Source: a bacterium (GTDB lineage Bacteria > Pseudomonadota > Gammaproteobacteria > Nevskiales > OUC007). From it: DNA of 64,000 nucleotides. The stretch spans positions 593 to 64,592 of the forward strand of contig JAAFAL010000003.1 in assembly GCA_018222345.1 (NCBI GenBank), given 5' to 3'. Positions 20,170 through 30,147 of the stretch are shown here, piece after piece; the first letter of the stretch is position 1, and each line of letters begins with the position of its first letter. The notes under the pieces are model-generated. The model saw only the letters and a list, made by a program, of their open reading frames with translations, was not told the origin of the DNA and did no database searches. Made by a program: the position numbers and the translations under genes.

Positions 20170-21061
20170 CCGATCTGCGCGACCACCACGCCGCCAGCGC
20201 CGTGCCCGAAATCAAATGCCACACGCCCCACCAGGCCACGACAATAGCCATGCCGCCCAAGCCGGCAAAATATTGGAACACCAGCACCAGGCCAAAACCC
20301 GAATTCTGAATGCCGGTCTCGAAACTCACTGCGCGCGCGTCTTGGCTGCTCACCCGCCCGCCGCGTGCCAGCCAATAGCCAAGCAGCAAGCCACAGGCAT
20401 TGACGACCAGCACAATCCAGAACGCCTGGCCCACGTAGTCGAGGAAATAATCGAAATTGGCATGCAGCGCACCGGCGACAAACGCCGCCAACACCAGCAG
20501 CGAGAAGACTTGCATGGGCTTGAGCAGCCGGGCGGCGAATCCCGGCCAGCGCGCCACCACGAACATGCCAACCACGGTGGGCAGCACGAGGATGGTGAAC
20601 ACGGTGCTGACAATGTCTAGCGGCGTGATGGCAATGCTGCGCACCAACTCGCGGGTGAAGGGGTTGATCTGCCCCCACAGGGTGAAGTTCAGCGGCGTCA
20701 TCACAATGGCGGCCATGGTCGAAATGGCCGACATGGTCACCGACACCGCCGCACTGCCTTTGGCAAAACTGGTGAGAAAGTTCGACACATTGCCACCCGG
20801 GCAGGCCGACACCAGGATGATGCCCAGCGCCATGCTCGGCGGTGGCTGCAGCAACACCACCAGCCCGGTGGCCACCGCCGGCATGATCAAAAACTGGCAA
20901 CCCAGGCCAATCAGCGGTGCGCGCGGCGCCACCAGCACGCGGCGAAAGTCGGCCACGCGCAGATCCAGCGCCACGCCAAACATGACAATCGCCAGCATCC
21001 AGTTGATGAGCGCCAGCGTGGCCGGATTGAAATTGAGTTGGATCTGATCGATGGCGGTCAT
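20144..21061 (-). CDS. bile acid:Na+ symporter (BASS) family transporter
   Basis: 305 aa and polytopic. It has NWMLAIVMFGVALDL...PLIGLGCQFLIMP...ILVSACPGGNVSN, typical of the BASS/SBF family. Confidence 0.8.
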   Translation of the reverse strand: MTAIDQIQLNFNPATLALINWMLAIVMFGVALDLRVADFRRVLVAPRAPLIGLGCQFLIMPAVATGLVVLLQPPPSMALGIILVSACPGGNVSNFLTSFAKGSAAVSVTMSAISTMAAIVMTPLNFTLWGQINPFTRELVRSIAITPLDIVSTVFTILVLPTVVGMFVVARWPGFAARLLKPMQVFSLLVLAAFVAGALHANFDYFLDYVGQAFWIVLVVNACGLLLGYWLARGGRVSSQDARAVSFETGIQNSGFGLVLVFQYFAGLGGMAIVVAWWGVWHLISGTALAAWWSRRSVKTSPAPA

Positions 21062-21251
21062 GCCCCAAGAACCTTCTGCCGCGAACAGCCCGCAATATAC
21101 ACGCGGAATCAGGCGTTCCGGCAGCAGAATGAGGCGGAATCAAGGCGAATGAGGCATGCTCACAACAGCTTGAGGCACCTGCACAACGGCATGGCCAGCC
21201 GAACACGGCACACTAAACGCCTCAAAGATTCACAGGCACGCGGAGCCCGCC

Positions 21252-23039
21252 ATGCAGCACTTCGACATCATCATTCGCAACGGCATCTACTTTGACGGCA
21301 GCGGCGCCGATGGCGCGGCGCGCGAGATCGGTATTGTCGGTGGCCGGGTTGCGGCCGTCAGCGAGCTTCCGCTGGAAGCATCGGACAGCACCCGCATCAT
21401 TGACGCCAAGGGCCGCTGGGTTTGCCCCGGTTTCATCGAGCCGCATTCGCACTACGACGCCGAGATCATCGCCGCGCCAGAGCTGGCCGAATCGGTGCGC
21501 CACGGCGTGACCACGGTGATGACCGGCATCTGCTCAATCTCCATGGTTTGCGCCGAGCCCGAGGACTGCTCCGACCTGTTCACCCGCGTCGAAGCCGTGC
21601 CGCGCGATCAAGTGCTGCCGCTACTGGAAAAGATGAAATCGTGGCGTAGCCCGGCCGAGTTCCGCAGCTTTTTCGAGGGCCACCCGCTGGGCCCGAACCT
21701 GGTGCCCTTCATTGGCCATTCCGACATCCGCGTGCGCGCCATGGGCCTGAAGCGCTCGGTGAGCAAGGTCAAACCCACAGCCGATGAAATGCAGGCCATG
21801 GAAGGCATGCTGCACGAAGCGCTGGATGAAGGCTTCGCCGGCCTTTCGACCATGACCACCAAGCTCGACCGCATGGACGGCGACCGCGCCTGGGCGGCGC
21901 CACTGCCCAGCACATTCGCGCGCTGGAGCGAATACCGCCGCCTGCACAGCATCCTGCGCCGCCGCGGCCGCATCCTGCAAAGTGCGCCAGACGCCATCGG
22001 CAAGATCAATATCGTTGCCTTCTTCCTGTCGGCCATGGGCTGGTTTCGCAAGACACTGAAGATGACCCTGCTGACCGTGCTCGACCTCAAGTCCATGCCG
22101 CGGCTGCACGTCCTTGGCCCGCTGGGCGGCTGGATGGCCAACACCTTTCTGCGCGCCAACCTGCGCTGGCAGTTCTTGCCCGCGCCGTTTGTCATCTATG
22201 CCTACGGCCTGGACTTCAACTCTTTCGGCGAACTGGCTGATGCACGCATCCTGCGCGACGTAAAAAACCCCGAGGACATGTACGCCGAGGCGGCCAAACC
22301 CGGTTTCCGCGACATCATGCGCCGCAACATGAAAGCCATGCTCAGCGCCGGCCTGTGGCACCGAGAGTTCGCCGATGCCTGGGTGGTGAAATGCCCGGAC
22401 CAGTCACTGGTGGGCAAGAACTTCTCCGAGATCGGCCGCGAACAGGGCAAAGACGCCATCGACGCCTTTCTGGACCTGGCGCTGGAGCACAAGGATGCGC
22501 TGCGCTGGGGCGTGCAGTTCGCCGGCGAGCGCACCCACGTGATGCGCAAGCTCTGCAAGAACAAGCAGGTGCACGTGGGCTTTGCCGACAGTGGCGCCCA
22601 CCTGGAGAACATGGCCTCGTACAACTTCCCGCTGTGCATGCTCAAGTACATGCGCGACGCCGAGCTGGAGGGCCAGCCGGTGCTAACGCCGGGCCAGACC
22701 ATCCACCGCCTGACCGGCGAACTGGCCGACTGGTACGACATTGACGCCGGTTACATCCGCCAGGGCGACCGAGCCGACGTGGTCATCGTCAACCCAGAAG
22801 GTCTGGGCCCCGAGGTGTTCGAAATGGAGGATGCCGAGTTCCCCGCCTTTGGCATGACACGCCTGGTCAACCGCAACGACAACGCCGTCGATGCCGTGCT
22901 GATCAACGGCCGTGTGGCCTACACCAAAGATGATGGCTTGGCGCCGGAACTAGGCAAGCAGACTGGCTTCGGGCGTTTTTTGCCGGTGCGTGGCAGCGCC
23001 GAGTCGGTTCTTGGCACGGCACAGCAGGCAACAGCCTGA
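21252..23039 (+). CDS. N-acyl-D-amino-acid deacylase family amidohydrolase
   Basis: N-terminus MQHFDIIIRNG...IDAKGRWVCPGFIEPHSHYD is the D-aminoacylase-type metal-binding start. 595 aa. Confidence 0.75.
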   Translation: MQHFDIIIRNGIYFDGSGADGAAREIGIVGGRVAAVSELPLEASDSTRIIDAKGRWVCPGFIEPHSHYDAEIIAAPELAESVRHGVTTVMTGICSISMVCAEPEDCSDLFTRVEAVPRDQVLPLLEKMKSWRSPAEFRSFFEGHPLGPNLVPFIGHSDIRVRAMGLKRSVSKVKPTADEMQAMEGMLHEALDEGFAGLSTMTTKLDRMDGDRAWAAPLPSTFARWSEYRRLHSILRRRGRILQSAPDAIGKINIVAFFLSAMGWFRKTLKMTLLTVLDLKSMPRLHVLGPLGGWMANTFLRANLRWQFLPAPFVIYAYGLDFNSFGELADARILRDVKNPEDMYAEAAKPGFRDIMRRNMKAMLSAGLWHREFADAWVVKCPDQSLVGKNFSEIGREQGKDAIDAFLDLALEHKDALRWGVQFAGERTHVMRKLCKNKQVHVGFADSGAHLENMASYNFPLCMLKYMRDAELEGQPVLTPGQTIHRLTGELADWYDIDAGYIRQGDRADVVIVNPEGLGPEVFEMEDAEFPAFGMTRLVNRNDNAVDAVLINGRVAYTKDDGLAPELGKQTGFGRFLPVRGSAESVLGTAQQATA

Positions 23040-23075
23040 GCAACATCCGACGGGCCGCTATGCAGCGCTGCGGGC

Positions 23076-23525
23076 TCAGTGTTCGTTGCGCTTGCCCGGC
23101 AGCAGCACCACTTCGAACCAGTAGTCCTTGAGCCTTGCCAGTGCGGCCATAAAGCCGTCTAGGTCAACAGGCTTGCGCACGTAAGAGCTGGCGCCGTGGG
23201 TGTAAGCGGCCTCGATGTCGATTGGATCTTCCGAGGTCGTGAGCACGATCACCGGGATGGTCTTGATGGCATCTTTGGCCTTGACCGCCTTGAGCACATC
23301 AACGCCGTCGATGCCGGGCAAGTTGAGATCAAGCAGGATCAAGTCGGGCTCGCGCGCGCCGTTGCGGCCGGCGACCGCATCGTCCAAGTAGGCCAGCGCC
23401 TGCTCACCGGTTTCGGCACGCACCAAGGCATTGGCCAAGCCGGCTTTTTTCAAGCCGCGCTGGGCAGCATAGAAATCGTCGGGGCTGTCCTCGACGATGA
23501 GAATGCTGTGTGTGTGGTCATTCAT
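23076..23525 (-). CDS. single-domain response regulator (CheY-like receiver)
   Basis: Inner ATG MNDHTHSILIVEDSPDD...LILLDLNLPGIDG...PVIVLTTS...KP. It overlaps the kinase stop by 8 nt. Confidence 0.85.
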   Translation of the reverse strand: MNDHTHSILIVEDSPDDFYAAQRGLKKAGLANALVRAETGEQALAYLDDAVAGRNGAREPDLILLDLNLPGIDGVDVLKAVKAKDAIKTIPVIVLTTSEDPIDIEAAYTHGASSYVRKPVDLDGFMAALARLKDYWFEVVLLPGKRNEH

Positions 23526-26160
23526 GCGCACCCGCTCCCAAGGTGAAATAAAAGGTGGTGCCGCTGCCCGGCTCCGATTCGAACCAGATGCGACCACCGT
23601 GGCGCTCGACCATACGCTTGGTCAGCGTCAGTCCGGCGCCAGTACCGCCGCTAAAGGCTTCGCGCGTATGCAGGCGCTTGAACATCGCGAACACCCGGTC
23701 GGCATGTTCCGGCGCAATGCCGATACCATTGTCTCGGACGAACACAGCCTGCTGCCCGGCCTCGAAGCCGATCTCAATTGTCTTGTCGTCCTTGTCGTTG
23801 TATTTGATGGCGTTGGTAACCAGGTTGCGCAGCACTTCGCCAATGCGGGTGCGGTCGCACACCACTGTGGGCAAGTCGGCGCCTGTGGTCAGCGCGACCC
23901 CTGCCTCGTCCAGCGAAAATTCCATGGTGCCCAACACGTCATCGACAATATCGGCCAACGGTATAGGTTTGATGTTCAACTCGCTGCGGCCCAGGCGCGA
24001 GTAGCTCTGCAGGTCGTTGATCAAATCCTCCAGCCGCTGCGCCAGCCGCCCCAGCGAGCCCAGCATGTGCTTGCCCTCGCCATCAATCACGTCGCCGTAA
24101 TCTTCCTGCAAAAAGCTGGCGTAGTTGTGCAGCCCGCGCAGCGGCTCGCGCAGGTCATGGCTGGCAATGTGCGCAAAGTCGTCCAGCTCGGCGTTGCTGC
24201 GCTCCAGCGCGTGGCGCAGCTCGACCTCAGTGGTTACATCGATCAGCACGCCACTCAGGCCTTTGACGGCACCGGATGCATCACGAAAAACCTTGCCGTA
24301 TGAGCGCATCCAGTGCGGCGCGTCGAAATTGTTCTGCACGCGATAGATTTCTTCGAAAGCATCGCGCTCGGCCAGAATCGTCGCCACAGCCTCGGCCATA
24401 CGCGCCCGGTCTTCGGGGTAGATCGCGCCCAGGAAACCCTCCATCGTCAGCGTCATCTCGCCGGGCGCAAAACCCAGCAAGGTTTCGGTCCAGGGATCGA
24501 TCTCGAATTCGTCGCTTACGCCGTCCCAATACCAGCAACCCACCTTAGCGGATTGCAGTGCAAGGTTATGGCGCTCGCGGAACAAAGCCTCGGTTTGCTC
24601 GGCGCGCACCAGCTTGGTGATGTCCCAGGTGGCGCCCGAGACTTGCTTGACCTGACCATCGATGGTCTCGGCAGCATTGATGCGTGCGTGGAACCACGCC
24701 GGTTCACCATCTTCGCGTACGCGTTCGAAACGTATGTCGCGGCTTTTCCCATCCTCGATCAGCGCAGCTAGTTCGCCGTTGACACGCGCCTGGTCGTGCT
24801 CGGCCACCAGCGCCATGAATTCATCAAGATTGCCGCCCAAGGCGTCAACGTCAAAGCCGCCAACCTCGGCCAGCCGCTCGTCAACAAACAATTTGCCGCT
24901 ATCAACCTCGTAGGTCCAGGTGCCAATGCCCGCAGCCTGCATGGCCATGTGAAAGCGCGAATCCAGCTCGCGGTACGCCCGCTCGGCCAACACTTCCTGC
25001 GTGACATCTCGGATGATGCCCACCAGCGCACGGAACTGGCCGTTGTCGTCCAGTTCGGAGCCGCCCATGACGCGCGCCCAGCGTGTTTCACCGCTAGCCA
25101 CATGCCGATGAGCGAACTGAAAATCCAGCGTGCCGCCGGGCACGCAGGCGCCTTGCATGGCGGCCAAAAAGCCCGGCAAATCTTCGGGCAAGACGTACTG
25201 GGTGGTTTCCTCAAAGCTCGGCACGCTGCCCTGCGCGTCCAAGCCAAGGCGTTGCCGAATATCGCCGATGAATTCCGCACTATTGGTTGCTGGGTCGAAT
25301 TCGAACGCCACACTACCGGTCGCCTTCAGCGCCTCTTCCAGCAATGCTTTCACACGCGCGGCTTCAGCCCGTTCGCGCACAAGGTCAGTGACATCCCACA
25401 CCGTGCCCGACACGCGCTCGCAGACGCCGTCGCGCATCTGGCTGCCGCGTGCGCGCGCCATCATCCAGCGTGGATTGTCTTCAGAACCAGCAAGCCTGAA
25501 GCGCGACTCGCGGCTGACGCCATCGGCAGCAACGGCCATCAATGCCTGGCTGGCGTGCTCGAAATCTTCGGCGGCGATGCGCTGGAGCATCCGCTCCACC
25601 GGCCAGTCACGTTCCGGGGCGTCAATCTGCATGGAGCGGGCGGCTTGGTCGTCAAACTCCATACGCCCGGTGCCCGGCCACAGTGTGAAGGTACCAACAT
25701 TGGCGGCCAGTACCGCTGATTCAAAGCGCTCACGCAACGCAGCGTTGGCCTGCCGCGCACGTTGCTCGCTGGTGACATTGCGGATGACACCAACAATGCG
25801 CGCGAACTTGCCGTCGGCATCGGCCTCGGCCTTGCCCGTGGACCGAAACCATTGCTGCTCGCCCGTGCGCGGGTGTGCCACGCGGTAGGTGACGTCCAGC
25901 TTTGCGCCGGGCACTGTTGCTTTGTGTAAGTCCTCGACCACCCAAACCTGATCGTCAGGGTGCATATAGGTGCTCAAGGCCTCGAACACGCCCATCTCAG
26001 CGCCAGGGCCGTCGCCCACCAGCTTGCGAATGTCGCCAACAAATGCACCGGTTTGGGTCAAGGGGTTGACCTCGAACACCAGGCTTTGCGCGGCTTCGAG
26101 GCCGGCCACCAGCCAGTCATTGAGCTGCTGCGCGTTGGCTTGTGGGCCGGTGTCGCTCAC
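23518..26160 (-). CDS. cytoplasmic multi-PAS sensor histidine kinase
   Basis: GTG start in a GTGA overlap with the upstream gene. About five PAS/PAC-like repeats. H-box FAHIASHDLREPL. HATPase motifs NAIKYN, DNGIGI and GTGAGL. No TM segment. Confidence 0.85.
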   Translation of the reverse strand: MSDTGPQANAQQLNDWLVAGLEAAQSLVFEVNPLTQTGAFVGDIRKLVGDGPGAEMGVFEALSTYMHPDDQVWVVEDLHKATVPGAKLDVTYRVAHPRTGEQQWFRSTGKAEADADGKFARIVGVIRNVTSEQRARQANAALRERFESAVLAANVGTFTLWPGTGRMEFDDQAARSMQIDAPERDWPVERMLQRIAAEDFEHASQALMAVAADGVSRESRFRLAGSEDNPRWMMARARGSQMRDGVCERVSGTVWDVTDLVRERAEAARVKALLEEALKATGSVAFEFDPATNSAEFIGDIRQRLGLDAQGSVPSFEETTQYVLPEDLPGFLAAMQGACVPGGTLDFQFAHRHVASGETRWARVMGGSELDDNGQFRALVGIIRDVTQEVLAERAYRELDSRFHMAMQAAGIGTWTYEVDSGKLFVDERLAEVGGFDVDALGGNLDEFMALVAEHDQARVNGELAALIEDGKSRDIRFERVREDGEPAWFHARINAAETIDGQVKQVSGATWDITKLVRAEQTEALFRERHNLALQSAKVGCWYWDGVSDEFEIDPWTETLLGFAPGEMTLTMEGFLGAIYPEDRARMAEAVATILAERDAFEEIYRVQNNFDAPHWMRSYGKVFRDASGAVKGLSGVLIDVTTEVELRHALERSNAELDDFAHIASHDLREPLRGLHNYASFLQEDYGDVIDGEGKHMLGSLGRLAQRLEDLINDLQSYSRLGRSELNIKPIPLADIVDDVLGTMEFSLDEAGVALTTGADLPTVVCDRTRIGEVLRNLVTNAIKYNDKDDKTIEIGFEAGQQAVFVRDNGIGIAPEHADRVFAMFKRLHTREAFSGGTGAGLTLTKRMVERHGGRIWFESEPGSGTTFYFTLGAGAHE

Positions 26161-27863
26161 GAGCCCCGAGCTTGTTGCTCCAACGCCTGCAAGAACGTGT
26201 GTTCATTACCGCGTGGATACAGATAACCCTGACAGACCGTACAGCCCGCCTGTTCAAGTGCAGCCGCCAATTCGGGAGTTTCCACACCTTCGGCAATCAC
26301 CGTGAGCGCCATCTCGTCACCCAGCGACAAGATTGCGCGCACAAGCGCCGCGGACCGCGGGTCGTCGATCATGCCGGTGACAAAGCTGGTATCGATTTTC
26401 AGCGTGTCGATGGGCAGTGCGGCAATTTGCGACAGCGAACTGTGGCCCGTACCGAAGTCGTCCAGCGCCAGGCTGACGCCAAGATCGCGCACGGCATTGA
26501 GCCGCTGGCGCATGTTGCCCCGCTCAGTCAGCAGCGCGTCCTCGGTAATTTCCAACCGCAGGTACTGCCCCGGCACGCCGAAGCTCTCCAAAGCCTGCTG
26601 CAGGTCATCCGGAAACCGCGTGTCCAGAAACTGTGCTGGAGCGATGTTGACACTGAGCCGGAAATCGTCGGGCAGGCTGCCGATCCATTGCGCCAGCGCT
26701 TGCAGCGAACTGTCCAGGCTCCATTGCCCGAACGGCCGCAACAAACCGCTCTCGGTGGCCAGCGGCACGAACTCTGATGGTGCAATGGCGCCGCGCTCCG
26801 GATGATTCCAACGCGCCAACGCTTCGGCGCCGATGATGCGCCCGGTGGCGCAATCGACATGCGACTCGAACTGCAAGTGCAGCCCACCATCAGCCAGTGC
26901 GTTGCGTAGCTCGGCTTCCATCGCCGCGCGCTTGCGAGGCAATTGCGGGGTATCGGCGGCGTAGAAACTCCACGTGTCGCGCCCGGCTTGCTTGGCGGCA
27001 AACATGGCGTGGTCGGCAAGGCGCACCAATTCGTCTGCAGACTTCGAGGCCTCGCTGGCACGCGCCACGCCCACCGAGGCGGTAACGATGATCTGCTGCT
27101 CGTCTAGCTGCAGCGGTTGGCGCAACTGTTGCAGAACCTTGTTGAGCACATCTGCGACACTTTGGTCGCGCACATGGCCCACGGCAGCAATCAATTCATC
27201 GCCGCCATACCGCCCCACCAGGTCCGACTTGCGCACTGCGCGGGTGAGACTATCGGCGGCGTGTTGCAGGGCCCGATCGCCAACGTCGTGGCCCCAGGCA
27301 TCGTTGATGGCCTTGAAGCCATCCAGATCGACATACAACAAGTACACCGAACCCGTGTTGAGCAAGGGCGATGTCAGCCATGCCTGCAACTCATCGAGAA
27401 AAGTATGCCGATTGAGCAACCCGGTGAGCTGGTCGTGCTTGGCCATGTAGCGCAGCCGGCGCTGGTCGTCGAACTGGCGCTTGGCGTAACGCATGGCACG
27501 GCGCAGGCCGCCTTCAGTCATCCCGGTTTTGGGCAAGAAATCAGCCGCGCCCAGGTCCAGCGCAGCCTTGTCCACATCGGCGTCGTCGTGGCCAGTGAGC
27601 AGAATCACTGGGCCGGATAGTCGATCAGCACGCATGTGGCGGAGCAAGTCCAAAGCCGTGTAGCCGCCGAGCTCGTAGTCCAGCAAACACACATCGAAGC
27701 TGCCGTCCAAGGCATCCGTCGCATCGGCAAAACGACTGCACTCAGTGATTTGCACAGGTGCCTTTACATCACGTTGCAACAAGCGGCGCACCACACGCAG
27801 GTCGTCGGGGTTGTCCTCGATGACGAGCACGCGCAGCGCGTCTGTTTCTTGCTCCGCGTTCAC
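26157..27863 (-). CDS. response regulator with GGDEF and EAL domains
   Basis: REC (LVIEDNPDD...LLDYEL), GGDEF domain with variant signature RYGGDELI, and EAL domain (GAEALARW, DDFGTGHSSLS). GTG start. Confidence 0.85.
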   Translation of the reverse strand: MNAEQETDALRVLVIEDNPDDLRVVRRLLQRDVKAPVQITECSRFADATDALDGSFDVCLLDYELGGYTALDLLRHMRADRLSGPVILLTGHDDADVDKAALDLGAADFLPKTGMTEGGLRRAMRYAKRQFDDQRRLRYMAKHDQLTGLLNRHTFLDELQAWLTSPLLNTGSVYLLYVDLDGFKAINDAWGHDVGDRALQHAADSLTRAVRKSDLVGRYGGDELIAAVGHVRDQSVADVLNKVLQQLRQPLQLDEQQIIVTASVGVARASEASKSADELVRLADHAMFAAKQAGRDTWSFYAADTPQLPRKRAAMEAELRNALADGGLHLQFESHVDCATGRIIGAEALARWNHPERGAIAPSEFVPLATESGLLRPFGQWSLDSSLQALAQWIGSLPDDFRLSVNIAPAQFLDTRFPDDLQQALESFGVPGQYLRLEITEDALLTERGNMRQRLNAVRDLGVSLALDDFGTGHSSLSQIAALPIDTLKIDTSFVTGMIDDPRSAALVRAILSLGDEMALTVIAEGVETPELAAALEQAGCTVCQGYLYPRGNEHTFLQALEQQARGS

Positions 27864-28040
27864 GATGGTGCCCGTCCCTGCGCCAAATTGGAGGTAGTCT
27901 CCGACTCGCGGAGATTACTTCATTTTTACTTTTCTCGTTGGCGTGCCGAGAGTACGTGCGATCTCGTCACCGCGGGGCGCGCTTGCCGACGAAAGCGCAA
28001 CGCGTCCGGTCCAGTCACGCTCGGTCGGTCGGTCTATATG

Positions 28041-28056
28041 AAAAACAATTGTTTTT
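28041..28056. promoter_or_regulatory. perfect 16-bp AT-rich palindrome aaaaacaattgttttt
   Basis: Lies between the oxidoreductase stop (28071) and the signalling operon start (27863). It could be an operator, a bending site or a weak terminator. Function unknown. Confidence 0.25.
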
Positions 28057-28070
28057 ATGAGATGGGGTTT

Positions 28071-29198
28071 TTATTTGTTGCTGTAGCGACTCATGAACCG
28101 CCGATCAATCCAGTCCTTGAGGCGATCGGCGACGCGCCCCAGCCACCAGAGCCGCCACCAGGTCAGCAGGCCACGCCCATCACCCAGGTTCAGGATGGCG
28201 AGCCAGATGCGTTGTGGCTTGTAAGCTTTTAGCGGCTGCCCGCACAGGCTGGCTATCAGGTTTTGGTGAATCACCTCGGCAGCCTTGACGCCAAACACGC
28301 CCAGCTTGGGTAAATCTCGCGGCGCGAAGTCGGCGCAGTCACCGGCGGCGAAGACGCTGGGGTCGTCCACCGATTGCATGCAGGCGTTGACGCGCAACCC
28401 AGCCCGGCTGGCCGTCAAGCCCAATTGCCGGGTCAAGGCCTTGGCCTGCAGGCCAACGGCGGCCAATACGTGATCGCAGGCCAGGCACTCGCCGGAGTCC
28501 AGTTCGACGCCGCGCGCGGTGATGCGCCGGGCGCGAATGCTCAGGCGCACGTCAACCGGGTAGTCCGCCAGCACACGTGCCAACGCGCGCGACGCGCCGG
28601 CAGGTGCATCCGGCAATAAACGCCCAGAGCTTGTGACCAACGTGATGTTGGGCGCCACATTGTTGCGCCTTGCCAGGCCGGCCAAGTTGGCGGTCAGCTC
28701 GCTGCCGGTCGCACCGCCACCGACGACGACCACGGCGGGCATCTGCCCGGTGTCGCGCATGGCCTGTTCCAAACTGAGCCTAAACTGGTACAGCGGCGGA
28801 ATGGGCTTGACCGGCCAGACGCTCGGGCCTGCCGCGGGCGGCTCCAGTGCGCCAATGTCCACCTCGCTACCAACGTTCAGTGACAGCCAGTCATAGCGCA
28901 AGCTGTCGCCGGAGCCGAGTGTCAGAGTTTTGGCGGCAACGTCGATCGCCTCCACCCGGTCTTGAATGAACTCGCCACCGGCGCCGCGGATCAGCGCGCC
29001 GGGGTCAATCTGATCGTCTTCCGGCGCGTAGCGGCCACCCAGCAACCCCGTGGCCATGCCCGAGTACCAGAACTGGCCGGGGTCGATGAGCACAAGCCGC
29101 GCGCCCAATTCGGCGTAGGCCTTGGCCTGGCTGGCAATGTGCAGGTGGGCGTGGCCGGCCCCGACCAGGAATACTGTGGGTTTGCTGGCCGAGTTCAA
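28071..29198 (-). CDS. FAD-dependent pyridine nucleotide-disulfide oxidoreductase
   Basis: Two dinucleotide-binding motifs, VFLVGAGHAH and VVVVGGGATGSE. The start is TTG with no obvious RBS, so the start is uncertain. It lies 12 nt downstream of the rhodanese gene. Confidence 0.65.
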   Translation of the reverse strand: MNSASKPTVFLVGAGHAHLHIASQAKAYAELGARLVLIDPGQFWYSGMATGLLGGRYAPEDDQIDPGALIRGAGGEFIQDRVEAIDVAAKTLTLGSGDSLRYDWLSLNVGSEVDIGALEPPAAGPSVWPVKPIPPLYQFRLSLEQAMRDTGQMPAVVVVGGGATGSELTANLAGLARRNNVAPNITLVTSSGRLLPDAPAGASRALARVLADYPVDVRLSIRARRITARGVELDSGECLACDHVLAAVGLQAKALTRQLGLTASRAGLRVNACMQSVDDPSVFAAGDCADFAPRDLPKLGVFGVKAAEVIHQNLIASLCGQPLKAYKPQRIWLAILNLGDGRGLLTWWRLWWLGRVADRLKDWIDRRFMSRYSNK

Positions 29199-29210
29199 CG
29201 TGCAGGCGCC

Positions 29211-29648
29211 TTATTCACGTGCGGTCTCGGTCGGCAAGCCCGCACCAACCAGCTCCGCATAGCCGCCCGGCTTGAGGACGCGGATGTCGGAGAAGCCGGC
29301 CTCTGCAAATTCGCGGCTGGCCCGCGACGCGCGACCGCCGACTTTGCAATGCAACAACACCGGCTGTGAGCGGTCGAGGTCGGTCGCCGCGAGCGTGGTA
29401 TCCAGCGTGGACAGTGGCATGTGCACTGCCGCCTGAAGGTGACCGTCGGCCCATTCGCCGTCGGTTCTGACATCGACCACGGTCATGCCATCCCGCACAT
29501 ACGAGGCAGCGGTGGAAACGCCCACAAACTGCACGTGCTCATCTGGCGTCGATTGCGCCGAGCAAGCCTGCATCAGGCCCGTCATGACGAGGAGAAGTGC
29601 AGCTCCGCGCGGAAGCAATCTGGCGATGGGTCGAGCGAGTGCGTTCAT
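29211..29648 (-). CDS. secreted rhodanese-domain sulfurtransferase
   Basis: Inner ATG after AGGAGG. Signal peptide MNALARPIARLLPRGAALLLVMTGLMQACSA. Active-site loop LHCKVGGRA (CxxxxR). Confidence 0.8.
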   Translation of the reverse strand: MNALARPIARLLPRGAALLLVMTGLMQACSAQSTPDEHVQFVGVSTAASYVRDGMTVVDVRTDGEWADGHLQAAVHMPLSTLDTTLAATDLDRSQPVLLHCKVGGRASRASREFAEAGFSDIRVLKPGGYAELVGAGLPTETARE

Positions 29649-29863
29649 TGTTCCTCCTTTGGAGTTTGTGTTTCGAGCGTGGCGGGATTGCCGCTCAGCG
29701 CATGAAAAACAAGACTTTAAGTCGTCACGAGAATATCTTGGCGAAACCCTGCGCGAGGACAAAAAACTGACTCAAGACCAGCGTCTTGACCGACCTTAAG
29801 CCTGGACTCTTGTGCACGCACCTGAGCCAATAGAGTAGCTGCGGCTCATGCTATAGGTAGATT

Positions 29864-29966
29864 TGGTGCGCCCGGCAGGATTTGACCTATTTGCCCGGAG
29901 CAAATCGGAACGAGCGCTGCGAGTACGAAGGGCAACGGCCAAGAGTGGCCACTGTAACCTGCGACC
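29864..29966 (-). pseudogene. scrambled tRNA-Arg remnant (3'-end copy plus internal fragment)
   Basis: 29864..29885 matches the tRNA-Arg 3' end (30003..30024) at 21/22 nt. 29956..29966 (aacctgcgacc) matches 30024..30034. No foldable cloverleaf. Confidence 0.6.
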
Positions 29967-30002
29967 TGAACCACTTTGGCTACGCTTGTATCCGGCAACG
30001 AA

Positions 30003-30079
30003 TGGCGCGCCCGGCAGGATTTGAACCTGCGACCCCTGCCTTCGGAGGGCAGTACTCTATCCAGCTGAGCTACGGGCGC
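30003..30079 (-). tRNA. tRNA-Arg (CCG), CCA encoded
   Basis: Reverse complement gcgcccgtagctcagctggatagagtactgccctCCGaaggcaggggtcgcaggttcaaatcctgccgggcgcgcca folds into a canonical cloverleaf. Confidence 0.95.
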
Positions 30080-30147
30080 GTGGCCGTAATTGTATCCGAG
30101 TCTTGATAGCAGGTGCCTGTCGGTCAGCGGTCGCCTACACTGTTGGC

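Noticed and set aside
20124-21206. 360-aa minus-strand ORF overlapping the BASS transporter in another frame
   Set aside because: It is Arg/Gly/His-rich with no motifs. The 305-aa frame carries the transporter signatures.
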